Shown in pieces: positions 8,888-17,962 of a stretch of 23,118 nucleotides of DNA. Position numbers and translations under genes: made by a program. Source of the DNA: an uncultured bacterium (lineage in GTDB: Bacteria; Krumholzibacteriota; Krumholzibacteriia; Krumholzibacteriales; Krumholzibacteriaceae); the NCBI GenBank assembly GCA_965371515.1, contig CBDUYR010000043.1, forward strand, positions 1-23,118. The letters are read 5' to 3'. Under the pieces are notes generated by a model. That model worked only from the letters and a program-made list of their open reading frames with translations. It had not been told where the DNA came from and ran no database searches. Every line of letters begins with the position of its first letter. Within the stretch, counting starts at the first letter, position 1.

Positions 8888-10165
8888 ATGATCAGGAAGA
8901 CCGTCATCACGGCCCTAGCGGTCCTCGCAGTTGCGGCGGGCTGCGCTACATATACAGCCCGCATGAACGATACGGGCGTCTACTACTACGACGGCGAGTA
9001 CGATCGTGCGATAGACGCACTCGACGAGCTGGTCCTCTCCTCGTCGAACGAGGATTGCTGCCTCTTCATGCTCGAGCGGGGCAAGGTACGTCTCGCCGCA
9101 GGCATGTACGATTCGGCGATCGTGGACATGCAGGCGGCAGAGCGGCGCTTCGATGAGATCGAGGGGACGGCTTCGGTCGGGGAGATTCTCTCCACCTCGA
9201 TCGTCAGCGAGGGAAGCAAGGAATACCAGCCCGAACCGCACGAGAAGATCCTCCTCAACACATACCTTCTGCTCTCGTACTGGGGCGCCGGCGACCGGGG
9301 TGGCGCCTACGTCGAGAGGAACCGCGTGATCAATCGCCTCGAGGAATATCTCGGCATTGTCACTGCCGAGAAAGACTCGCTTCTCGACGTACCGTTCGCG
9401 CGATACGTGGCCGCGGTCCTCTACGAGAACGAGGGGAAACTCGACGACGCGAGGATCGAGTACAGCCGCGTCGAAGATCTCTATCCGGAGGCTGTACCCT
9501 GGACTCCCAACTCCCACCTGACGGAGATTGTCGTCCTGACCGAGATGGGAAGGGCGCCGGTAAAGATCTCGCGTGAGATCAGGGGGTACTTCGAGAAGGT
9601 GAACGGCAGGACGTTCGGGTATTTCACCCTCCCGGGCAACGCCGGTCAGCAGGTCTATCCGGTGACGTCGTCCTTCCTCTCGGGCGACGCCGGGCTGGGG
9701 ACCGTATTCACCTTCACATTCCCCGAATACGTACGTATGCCGCGGGGCGCTGTCTCCTGCCGGCCCGTCATAGACGGGGTCGAGACGGGTATGGCCGTAA
9801 CCCTCGACGATCTCGAGGAAACGGCGATGGAGGCGTTCAGGAGAGACATCGGGACGATTCTGCTCAAATCGGCTTTGCGGACCTACTTGCAGCTCCTCGC
9901 GCAGAACAAGCTCGAAGGCGACGTGGGCAGGATCGCATCTGTGGTGGCGAAATTCTTCTCACTCGTCGAACGGGCCGATACGAGGTCATGGCAGACGCTG
10001 CCGTCGGAGATCGCCGTATTCAGGATGGAGATCGAGCCGGGATCACACGAGGTGTCGTTGAGATACTACGATGCGAGCGGCAGGCTCGTCTGTGAATCGG
10101 CAGGCCGGCAGGTGTGGGTGGAAAAGGGAAAGAAGCAGATCGCCTGGATGCCGGGCCCTCCGTAG
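8888..10165 (+). CDS. COG3014-like TPR-containing lipoprotein of unknown function
   Basis: Lipobox AAGC; helical TPR-like N-half (LERGKVRLAAGMYDSA, Y.PEPHEKILL); C-terminal ADTRSWQTLP motif recalled as characteristic of this family. Confidence 0.75.
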   Translation: MIRKTVITALAVLAVAAGCATYTARMNDTGVYYYDGEYDRAIDALDELVLSSSNEDCCLFMLERGKVRLAAGMYDSAIVDMQAAERRFDEIEGTASVGEILSTSIVSEGSKEYQPEPHEKILLNTYLLLSYWGAGDRGGAYVERNRVINRLEEYLGIVTAEKDSLLDVPFARYVAAVLYENEGKLDDARIEYSRVEDLYPEAVPWTPNSHLTEIVVLTEMGRAPVKISREIRGYFEKVNGRTFGYFTLPGNAGQQVYPVTSSFLSGDAGLGTVFTFTFPEYVRMPRGAVSCRPVIDGVETGMAVTLDDLEETAMEAFRRDIGTILLKSALRTYLQLLAQNKLEGDVGRIASVVAKFFSLVERADTRSWQTLPSEIAVFRMEIEPGSHEVSLRYYDASGRLVCESAGRQVWVEKGKKQIAWMPGPP

Positions 10166-10169
10166 GCCG

Positions 10170-10727
10170 TTACATCTCCTCGAGGATCTTTCCCGAGGAG
10201 TCCGAATAGATCCCCCCCAGGGCCGCGGCCCTCTCGAGATACTTCCTGGCATCCTTATTATTTCCCTCGGAGAGATGCATCAGGCCGAGGTACCACGCGT
10301 ACGTCTCGTTCCGCGGTTCCACTTCGGCTGCGCACGTGACGAGGAGGATCCCCTTGAGGGGATATCCCCGGTAGAATTCGGAGAGGCCGAGGATCAGCTC
10401 GAGGTTGCGGGGCATTACGTCGAGCCTTCTCTCGCTTATGCCGGTATGGATGAAGAATCGCGCCCGGGAGAGAAGCCGTGCAGACTCATCGTAGTCTCTC
10501 TTCTCGAACGCCTCGGTCGCGTCGGCGATGATCGAGTCGATCTGGGCAAAGCCTGTGTTCTGTATTCCGGCCGGGGCGGGGGGGCTGACTTCGACGCCTC
10601 TGCCCTTCTCCTCCTCTTCTCCGAAGAGCAGGAAGGCGGCGATGACCGCCAGCGCTGCAAGGGGAACTCCCCAGGACAGCCCGCGGAAGGCGGGGTGATA
10701 CCGTTTCTGCGCGTTATTGTCTGTCAT
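10170..10727 (-). CDS. Hypothetical membrane-anchored TPR-repeat protein
   Basis: N-terminal hydrophobic helix (GVPLAALAVIAAFLLF), then TPR-like helices (AFEKRDYDESARLL; PRNETYAWYLGLMHLSEGNNKDARKYLERAA). Fills the gap between flanking genes. Confidence 0.7.
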   Translation of the reverse strand: MTDNNAQKRYHPAFRGLSWGVPLAALAVIAAFLLFGEEEEKGRGVEVSPPAPAGIQNTGFAQIDSIIADATEAFEKRDYDESARLLSRARFFIHTGISERRLDVMPRNLELILGLSEFYRGYPLKGILLVTCAAEVEPRNETYAWYLGLMHLSEGNNKDARKYLERAAALGGIYSDSSGKILEEM

Positions 10728-10878
10728 CTTATGCCTTGCGAACGTTTATCCTCTCTGGTACTTTTCGCCTGAGCGAGTCTGGCCGAAAAAAGACGGCCAG
10801 TCAACGCTGTTGTGTGTCATTTTCGCCGTTTTCGCCCGAATGAGCGAACGGCATGTGCGGCGGCGGTGTATCAGCGAC

Positions 10879-11334
10879 ATGAAGATAGTATGCACAAACA
10901 GGAAGGCAAGGCGGGATTACGAGATCCTCGAGACGATGGAGGCGGGTATAGTCCTGTGGGGGACCGAGGTGAAGAGCCTGCGCGGCGGCGGTGCCCATCT
11001 GAAGGATTCGTACGCCGCCGTCGAGGAGGCGGAGATCTTCCTGTACAACGCTCACATCGCCCCTTACGAGATGGGGAACAGGTTCAACCACGAGCCGACG
11101 AGGACGAGAAAGCTTCTCATGCACGCGAGGGAGATCAAACGGCTCCTCGGAAAGATACAGGAGAAGGGTCTTACCCTCATCCCGCTGAAGCTCTATTTCA
11201 ACGATGCGGGGAAGGTCAAGGTCGAGCTGGGGCTGGCCAAGGGCCGCCGCGCCTATGACAAGAGGCACGCGATCGCCGAGCGCGACGCGAAGAGGGATAT
11301 GCAGAGGGCGCTGAAGGACGAGGAGCGCAAGTAG
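10879..11334 (+). CDS. smpB: SsrA (tmRNA)-binding protein SmpB
   Basis: NRKARRDYEILETMEAGIVLWGTEVKSLR, NHEPTRTRKLLMH, GLTLIPLKLYF, KVELGLAKG..YDKR; start set at ATG 10879. Confidence 0.97.
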   Translation: MKIVCTNRKARRDYEILETMEAGIVLWGTEVKSLRGGGAHLKDSYAAVEEAEIFLYNAHIAPYEMGNRFNHEPTRTRKLLMHAREIKRLLGKIQEKGLTLIPLKLYFNDAGKVKVELGLAKGRRAYDKRHAIAERDAKRDMQRALKDEERK

Positions 11335-11339
11335 CGGAT

Positions 11340-12935
11340 ATGAAGCGACACATACTGACGATAACGGCACTGGTGATGTTTGCGGCACTCCTGGCGGGCG
11401 CTGCGCTGGCGAACGATCCCGAGATGGTCGATCCCGACCGTACGCTCGGCGTGGTCTACGGCGACGAACGGGCGACCGAGGACGTTCCCCTCTACCGTCT
11501 TGCCAGGCCGAGCGAGGAACTCTTCATCTCGGCCTACGACCTCGCGAGGATATTCAGGGCGACGAGATACTGGAACGCGGGCGCGAGAAAGCTCGTCCTG
11601 CGCATCGAAAGCCATTCGTTCATGTTCACGATCGACACTCGCGTGGTCGTCGTCGACGACGAGCCGATCCTGATCAGGATTCCGGTCTCGTATGCCAACG
11701 GCTCTGTGATGATACCGCTCGAGTTTGTATCGAACATCCTCGCTCCGATGACTCTCGAGGATGTCGAGCTCGACGAGGAGAGGCTCGTGCTGACGATCGG
11801 CTCTCCCCGGTACAATATCACGTCGGTCGATTTCGAAGAGGGCGAGGAGGGCACGAGGGCCGTCCTGACTCTTACCGAGGAGCTTCTCTACCATGTGGAC
11901 AGCGAGACGCCCGGCCTGCTGAGGCTGAAGGTCTACGGAGGGAGGCTCAACGCGCTGAAGATAAACGCCACGGAGGGCCTGGGCCTCTTCAACCGCGTCA
12001 GGGCCGAGCAGACCGAGCACGACTCATACCTCTTCTTCGACGTCGAGAAAACGGCTGAGAGCTTCCGCGTCGAGTTCATAAGCTCCGTCTCCCCCGGGGA
12101 CGACGAGAGGAAGCTCGTGATCCACCTGGAGAAGGGCGAACTGCCCGAGATACCGGATGTCGATTTCGCCGGCCGCAGGATGACCGAGATCCTCGACGAC
12201 TCACGCAGAGTGGGCAGGCGCGACATCGTAAGGGTCGCGATCGACGCCGGTCACGGCGGCATCGACAAGGGCAAGGTCGGTCCCACCGGGCTGATGGAGA
12301 AGGAAGTGAACATCGACATCGCGATGAGACTGCGCGATATTCTCGTGAGCGACTACGATATGGAAGTAGTGATGACGCGTACCGAGGACGTCCTCGTCCC
12401 CCTGATGAGGAGGGCCGAGATTGCCAACTCGGAGATGGCCGACATATTCGTCAGCCTCCACTGCAACGGCTGGTTCCATCCTGACGCAAGCGGCTACGAG
12501 ACATTCTTCCTCTCACAGGCGAAGACCGAGGAAGCGACGAGGCTTGCCATGGAGGAGAACGCCTCGATACAGTTCGAGGGAGCGGGCGTGAGCCCCGAGG
12601 AGCTCGACGATCTCGGGTTCATGCTGTGGGACATGGTGCAGAACGAGTTTGTCACCGAGAGCAGCGAACTCGCCGAACTTATACAAAGAGAACTCGGAGA
12701 GGTCGTCGATTTACGGAACAGGGGCGTGAAACAGGCAGGCCTGATCGTCCTGAAGGGATGCAGGATGCCGGCCGTGCTGGTCGAGGTGGCCTTCCTCTCC
12801 AACCCCGGCGAGGAGAGGCTGCTGGCCGACAAGCGGTTCCGCGAGAAGGTAGCCCGTGGGATCGCCGAGGCAATAAGGAGATACCGCGCCAAGTACTCCG
12901 GTACCGGCGCTCAGGAGATACGGGGCAGCGAGTAG
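11340..12935 (+). CDS. N-acetylmuramoyl-L-alanine amidase (Amidase_3) with signal peptide and N-terminal stalk/AMIN-like domains
   Basis: IDAGHGG.D, EKEVN, FVSLHCN and PAVLVEVAFLSN (Zn and catalytic residues intact); AmiC-type regulatory helix LAMEENA. Confidence 0.92.
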   Translation: MKRHILTITALVMFAALLAGAALANDPEMVDPDRTLGVVYGDERATEDVPLYRLARPSEELFISAYDLARIFRATRYWNAGARKLVLRIESHSFMFTIDTRVVVVDDEPILIRIPVSYANGSVMIPLEFVSNILAPMTLEDVELDEERLVLTIGSPRYNITSVDFEEGEEGTRAVLTLTEELLYHVDSETPGLLRLKVYGGRLNALKINATEGLGLFNRVRAEQTEHDSYLFFDVEKTAESFRVEFISSVSPGDDERKLVIHLEKGELPEIPDVDFAGRRMTEILDDSRRVGRRDIVRVAIDAGHGGIDKGKVGPTGLMEKEVNIDIAMRLRDILVSDYDMEVVMTRTEDVLVPLMRRAEIANSEMADIFVSLHCNGWFHPDASGYETFFLSQAKTEEATRLAMEENASIQFEGAGVSPEELDDLGFMLWDMVQNEFVTESSELAELIQRELGEVVDLRNRGVKQAGLIVLKGCRMPAVLVEVAFLSNPGEERLLADKRFREKVARGIAEAIRRYRAKYSGTGAQEIRGSE

Positions 12936-12936
12936 G

Positions 12937-12958
12937 CGCACGGCCTTAAGGCCGCGCG
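12937..12958. other. Intergenic hairpin with perfect 14-bp palindrome CGGCCTTAAGGCCG
   Basis: 12941-12954 is self-complementary and extends with CGC/GCG after one mismatch; no U-tract. Confidence 0.5.
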
Positions 12959-12963
12959 AAGGG

Positions 12964-13518
12964 GTGAGAGTCACGGACCTCGGCAGAAAGATAGTAGTCG
13001 CGATCATCGTTCTGGCCGTCGTGATCGTCACGATTTATGCGGTAAAGCGGTGGACTGCGGGCGAGGATGAAGCGCTGCCCGGGATACAGGAGGTAGCCGA
13101 GGAGACGAGGAGCGTGACGCTCTATTTCGCAGGGCGCGACGCAGACGGCCTCGTAGCCGAGACCCGGGAGATCCCAGTCAGGAAGGGCGTCGAGAGCGAG
13201 GCGAAGGCTGTCATGGCTGCCCTACTGGCCGGCCCGGAACACAGGAACGGTGTCTCCGCGATACCGGCCGGGACAAGGATCCTCCAGGTCTTCTGGGTCG
13301 AGGAGACCGAAACGCTCTACCTCGATTTCAACAGGGGGATAACGACCGGCGATGGCAGCACGGGCGAATATTACACGATAACCACGATAATCAGGACGAT
13401 CGGCGCGAACTTCCCGCAGGCGGGCAGGCTCCAGTTTCTCATCGAGGGATACCCCGTCGAGACCCTCGCGGGACACTACGGAGTCAGCAAACCTCTCGAC
13501 ATCAGGAAATGGAGGTAG
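12964..13518 (+). CDS. GerMN domain-containing membrane-anchored protein
   Basis: N-terminal TM helix; VTLYF, LVAETREI, ALLAGP, IPAGTRIL, LYLDFN, LQFLIEG, TLAGH; usual position between amidase and murI. Confidence 0.88.
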   Translation: MRVTDLGRKIVVAIIVLAVVIVTIYAVKRWTAGEDEALPGIQEVAEETRSVTLYFAGRDADGLVAETREIPVRKGVESEAKAVMAALLAGPEHRNGVSAIPAGTRILQVFWVEETETLYLDFNRGITTGDGSTGEYYTITTIIRTIGANFPQAGRLQFLIEGYPVETLAGHYGVSKPLDIRKWR

Positions 13519-13548
13519 CCCGGCGCCAACCCGGCCCGGCAGCGATAG

Positions 13549-14364
13549 ATGGACGGCAGCAGGGACAGGCCGATAGGCGTATTCGACTCGGGGGTCGGCG
13601 GACTTACCGTCGTCAGGGAGCTGATGACCCTCCTGCCCGGAGAGGATATTGTCTATTTCGGCGATACGGCCAGGGTGCCCTACGGTACGAAGAGCGCCGA
13701 GACGGTAGTGAAATTTGCCCGCGAGGATCTCAGGTTCCTCAAGAGCAGGGACGTCAAGCTCATCGTCGTCGCATGCAACACCGCTTCATCGATCGCCCTT
13801 CCGCAGCTGGCCGACGAGGAGGAGATCCCCGTTATCGGCGTACTCCTTCCCGGTGCGAGATCCGCCGCCGCCGCTACGCGGAATAACTGCGTCGCGGTCA
13901 TAGGAACTACCGCTACGATAAACTCGGGGGCATACGAGAAGGCCCTCCGTGATATATATGACGGGCTCGAGATCATGTCGCATCCCTGCCCGCTCTTCGT
14001 CTCACTCGCCGAGGAAGGCTGGGTCGACGACGATGTGGCATTCATGATAGCGAAACGATATCTCGAGCCTCTCACGGGATTCGGTGCCGACACACTTGTA
14101 CTCGGCTGCACGCATTACCCGCTGCTCAAGGGCGTCATCTCGAGGGTGATGGGCGACAATGTCGTCCTCGTCGATTCGGCGACAGAGACGGCGTACGAGG
14201 TCAGGGATACGCTCGCGTCATCAGGTCTCCTCTCGGGAAACGACTCCGGGGGAAGTATCTATGTCTATCTGAGCGACATCCCATACAGGTTCAGGGAGGT
14301 CGGGGAGAGGTTCATGGGAAGACCGATCGAGGCCGTCGAGCAGGTGGCTGGCCCGGGGGGCTGA
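13549..14364 (+). CDS. murI: Glutamate racemase
   Basis: IGVFDSGVGGLTV, YFGDTARVPYG, VVACNTAS, LGCTHYP. Confidence 0.97.
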   Translation: MDGSRDRPIGVFDSGVGGLTVVRELMTLLPGEDIVYFGDTARVPYGTKSAETVVKFAREDLRFLKSRDVKLIVVACNTASSIALPQLADEEEIPVIGVLLPGARSAAAATRNNCVAVIGTTATINSGAYEKALRDIYDGLEIMSHPCPLFVSLAEEGWVDDDVAFMIAKRYLEPLTGFGADTLVLGCTHYPLLKGVISRVMGDNVVLVDSATETAYEVRDTLASSGLLSGNDSGGSIYVYLSDIPYRFREVGERFMGRPIEAVEQVAGPGG

Positions 14365-14378
14365 GAAAGCGAGGAACG

Positions 14379-15089
14379 ATGCTGAGACATGACGGCAGGA
14401 AGAGCGGCGAGCTCAGACAGATAAAGATCAAAAGAAAGTTCATCAGCAGCGCCGACGACTCGGTCCTCTTCGAGATGGGCCGCACGAGGGTGCTCTGCGC
14501 GGCCACCGTCGAGGACACCGTTCCGTCCTTTCTCAGGGGCACCGGCAAAGGCTGGATAACGGCCGAGTACAGCATGCTCCCCCGCTCGAGCCCGCGGCGG
14601 ATACCGCGCGAGTCGATCAGAGGAAAGGTGAAAGGGAGGACGCAGGAGATACAGAGGCTTATAGGACGCTCGATACGTGCCGGAGTCGATCTCGAGAAGA
14701 TGGGTGAGCGGACAATAATCGTCGATTGCGACGTCATCGAGGCGGACGGCGGCACGCGCACCGCATCGGTCAACGGCGGGTTTATGGCGGTAGCCTCGGC
14801 CCTGCGCCGCCTCCGGATCGCGGCGGACACACTCGACAGCTTCGTCGCCGCGGTGAGCGTCGGGATCGTCGGCGGAAATGTCGTCCTCGATCTCGACTAC
14901 GAGGAGGATTCCACCGCCGCGGTCGACATGAACATAGTGATGAACGGGCGCGGAGAGCTGATAGAGATACAGGGGACGGCCGAGGACGGTACCTTCACCG
15001 AAGAGGACCTCACGAAGATGATCCGGGCCGCCCGCCTGGGGATCCGCGGGATCATGAAGGAACAGAAGAAGGGGCTCCGCTGGAAATGA
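14379..15089 (+). CDS. rph: Ribonuclease PH
   Basis: GWITAEYSMLP, GRTQEIQRLIGRS, CDVIEADGGTRTAS, VAAVSVG, DLDYEED, EIQGTAE. Confidence 0.97.
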   Translation: MLRHDGRKSGELRQIKIKRKFISSADDSVLFEMGRTRVLCAATVEDTVPSFLRGTGKGWITAEYSMLPRSSPRRIPRESIRGKVKGRTQEIQRLIGRSIRAGVDLEKMGERTIIVDCDVIEADGGTRTASVNGGFMAVASALRRLRIAADTLDSFVAAVSVGIVGGNVVLDLDYEEDSTAAVDMNIVMNGRGELIEIQGTAEDGTFTEEDLTKMIRAARLGIRGIMKEQKKGLRWK

Positions 15090-15697
15090 GGATAGTGGTT
15101 GCCTCGCATAACGCCGGCAAGATCGCCGAGATCTCCGGTATCCTCTCCGGCTCGGGGATAGAGCTCGCCGGGCTCGATGATTTCGCGCCGTATCCCGAGC
15201 CCGAGGAGAACGGAGAGACCTTTCTCGAAAATGCGATGATAAAGGCAAAAGCGGCGCACGAGGCGACAGGGCTTCCCGCCCTCGCCGACGATTCCGGCAT
15301 AGTGGTCGACGCCCTTGACGGGGCGCCCGGTATACGTTCGGCGAGGTACGGTGGAGAGGGACTGAGCGATACCGAAAGATACATGAAGCTCCTCGAGGAG
15401 CTCGAAGGGACGCCCGATGAAGAGAGGACGGCGCGGTTCAGGTGCGTCATGGTCCTCTATCCCGCGCCGGGATCCGACGGCGACACGCTGGTCACCGAGG
15501 GGATCCTCGAGGGATGCATCGCAATGGAGCCGGTGGGAGAGAACGGGTTCGGCTACGACCCCGTCTTCTACGCCCCGGAAGCGGGAAAGACGGCGGCCGA
15601 GATGGAGCCGGCCGAAAAGAACCATATCAGTCACAGGTACAGGGCGCTTGTCGAGATGAAGGCGATGCTCGAGCGCGGCGGGGAGTCTCTCGAGTAA
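15086..15697 (+). CDS. rdgB: dITP/XTP pyrophosphatase (RdgB/HAM1 family)
   Basis: ATGA overlap with the rph stop; ASHNAGK, EENGETFLENAMIKA, ADDSG, GAPGIRSARY, GFGYDPVF, KNHISHR. Confidence 0.95.
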   Translation: MRIVVASHNAGKIAEISGILSGSGIELAGLDDFAPYPEPEENGETFLENAMIKAKAAHEATGLPALADDSGIVVDALDGAPGIRSARYGGEGLSDTERYMKLLEELEGTPDEERTARFRCVMVLYPAPGSDGDTLVTEGILEGCIAMEPVGENGFGYDPVFYAPEAGKTAAEMEPAEKNHISHRYRALVEMKAMLERGGESLE

Positions 15698-15792
15698 TCG
15701 GCGCCTGGCCGAATAATCGTGCGGCCCGCCGTATAGAAAATCTGACAGGACGCAGCAGCGGCCACGTATACATCATTCAAGGAGGAAGCGTT

Positions 15793-16725
15793 TTGCTCTT
15801 GATAGAGAATGTCACGAAGAGGTATGAGGGCCATACCGCCGTTGACGATCTCTCCCTCACGATTGAGCCGGGCGTGGTTTACGGACTGCTCGGGCCGAAC
15901 GGCGCGGGCAAGACGACGACGATCCGGATGGCGATGGGCATCATCGAGCCCGACGAAGGGAAGATAGAGATCTTCGGCGAGCCTTTAAGCGAAGCGCTCA
16001 AGGAGAGGATCGGGTACCTCCCTGAGGAGAGGGGCCTTTACCGCAAGATGAAGGTCCGTGACCAACTTGTATTCCTCGCCGAGATAAAGGGAGTGCCTGC
16101 AAAGACGGCGGCGGATCGCGTGAGCCGCTGGCTCGAGCGGGTCGACCTGGCCGGCTGGGAGGAAAAGCCGGTCGAAGCGCTCTCGAAGGGGATGCAGCAG
16201 AAGATCCAGTTCATATCGACAATAATCCACGAGCCGCAGATGGTCATCCTCGACGAGCCGTTCGCCGGGCTCGACCCGATCAACACTCAGCTCCTCAAGG
16301 ACGTCATCGTCGAGATGAAGGACGAGGGACGCACCGTGATCCTCTCGACCCACCTGATGGACCAGGTCGAGAAGCTCTGCGAGAGGATATGCCTGATCAA
16401 CAAGGGCAGGAAGGTCCTCGAGGGCAGCCTCTCCGATATCAAGATGAGCTTCAGCAAGAATGTCGTCGCGATGAGATTCTCCGGCGATGCCCGCGAGCTC
16501 GAGGTCCATCCGGACGTCGAGAAGGTGAGCGAGTTCGGGCAGGACATCTCGGTGACGCTCGTCGAGGGCGCTGATCCGGGCGTCATGCTTCGCCACGCAC
16601 TCGACAGGGGCAAGGTCGACAAGTTCGAGGTCGGGGAGATGTCGCTTCACGATATATTCATAACCAAGGTAAGGGAGGAAGGGGGTGAGCTCGATGAAGA
16701 AGATGCTTCTGGTGGCCAGGCGTGA
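15793..16725 (+). CDS. ABC-2 type transporter ATP-binding protein (NatA-like, probable C-terminal DUF4162)
   Basis: TTG 15793 after SD AAGGAGG; Walker A GPNGAGKTT, GYLPEERGLY, signature LSKGMQQK, Walker B ILDEP, STH. Confidence 0.93.
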   Translation: MLLIENVTKRYEGHTAVDDLSLTIEPGVVYGLLGPNGAGKTTTIRMAMGIIEPDEGKIEIFGEPLSEALKERIGYLPEERGLYRKMKVRDQLVFLAEIKGVPAKTAADRVSRWLERVDLAGWEEKPVEALSKGMQQKIQFISTIIHEPQMVILDEPFAGLDPINTQLLKDVIVEMKDEGRTVILSTHLMDQVEKLCERICLINKGRKVLEGSLSDIKMSFSKNVVAMRFSGDARELEVHPDVEKVSEFGQDISVTLVEGADPGVMLRHALDRGKVDKFEVGEMSLHDIFITKVREEGGELDEEDASGGQA

Positions 16726-17962
16726 GTATCTCGATCGCGTGAAGAAAAAGAGTTTCCTCATCGGGACGATCCTCGGCCCCGTTCTCATGGGGCTGCTGAT
16801 ATTCGCTCCAGCCCTGCTCTACAAACTCTCCCCGGAGACGCAGACGACAGTTGCCGTCATCGACATGACCGGCGATATTTACGCCCAGATGGAGACGGCG
16901 CTCTCCGACAGCCTCGACGATGGGACGCCGAAGTTCCACCTCAGGGAGATCGAGGCCGAAGAGACCGGTCTCGAGGAGGCCAAGCGGGTCCTGAACCTCG
17001 AGGTCGAGAACGACGCGATCGACGGTTACATCGTAATCCCCGCCGACATCGTCGATACGGGAAAAGCCGCTTTCTTCGGCAAGCGCATCGGCGACATAAA
17101 GACACTGGAACAGATCGAGAGTGCGCTGAGCAACGTCGTCATCGGGCTGAGGCTCTCGGCAAGGGGGCTCGACTACGGCGAGGTCAGAGGGCTCGTCAAA
17201 GGCGTCGATATGGAGATGATGCAGGTCACCGAGAAGGGCGCCGAGAAGCGCGGGGGGTTCGATTTCATCTTCATGTCGAGCTTCCTCTTCATAATGATGC
17301 TCTATATGACGATCCTCATGTGGGGCGTTGCGGTCCAGAGATCGATCATCGAGGAGAAGAACAACCGTGTAGTCGAGGTGCTCCTCTCCTCGCTCAGGCC
17401 CGAGGACCTGCTCTTCGGGAAGATCTTTGGAGTGGGGGCCGTCGGGTTGACCCAGTACGCCATCTGGGGAGTGTTCGGCACGCTCATGACCGTTTACGGA
17501 CTCACGATGGCTGGCCCGGTTGCAGAGCTCGCCGGAAACCTCTCCTTCGCGACTCTCGGCTTCTTCGTCCTCTACTACGTGCTCGGCTTCCTCTTCTACG
17601 CGACGATGTTCGCCGGCATAGGCTCGGTGTGCAACACCGACCAGGAGGCGCAGCAGATGCAGACGCCGGTCGTCCTCTGTCTCGTCTTCACGATCCTCAT
17701 GCCGATGATGGTCATCCAGAGGCCCGACAGTCTCTTCGCGACGATAATCAGCCTGATTCCCGTCTTCACCCCGATAGTGATGTTCATGAGGATCAACGTG
17801 CTGATGCCGCCCGCCTGGCAGATAGCGCTGAGCGTCGTAATGATGATTTTTTCCATCTGGTTCGCAGGAAAGGTGTCGGCCAGGATATTCCGGACGGGCA
17901 TACTGATGTACGGAAAGAAACCCGACGCGAGAGAGATCCTCAAATGGCTGAGGAGGGCGTGA
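16685..17962 (+). CDS. ABC-2 type transporter permease (NatB-like)
   Basis: GTG 16685 or ATG 16694; VARREY..RVKKKSF, N-terminal TM plus large periplasmic loop, EEKNNRVVEVLLSS..P..L.FGKIFG, further TM helices, IFRTGILMYG. Confidence 0.92.
   Translation: MSSMKKMLLVARREYLDRVKKKSFLIGTILGPVLMGLLIFAPALLYKLSPETQTTVAVIDMTGDIYAQMETALSDSLDDGTPKFHLREIEAEETGLEEAKRVLNLEVENDAIDGYIVIPADIVDTGKAAFFGKRIGDIKTLEQIESALSNVVIGLRLSARGLDYGEVRGLVKGVDMEMMQVTEKGAEKRGGFDFIFMSSFLFIMMLYMTILMWGVAVQRSIIEEKNNRVVEVLLSSLRPEDLLFGKIFGVGAVGLTQYAIWGVFGTLMTVYGLTMAGPVAELAGNLSFATLGFFVLYYVLGFLFYATMFAGIGSVCNTDQEAQQMQTPVVLCLVFTILMPMMVIQRPDSLFATIISLIPVFTPIVMFMRINVLMPPAWQIALSVVMMIFSIWFAGKVSARIFRTGILMYGKKPDAREILKWLRRA

Noticed and set aside
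10728..11339. tmRNA (ssrA) near smpB
   Set aside because: No intergenic space of about 350 nt and no tRNA-Ala-like ends seen.
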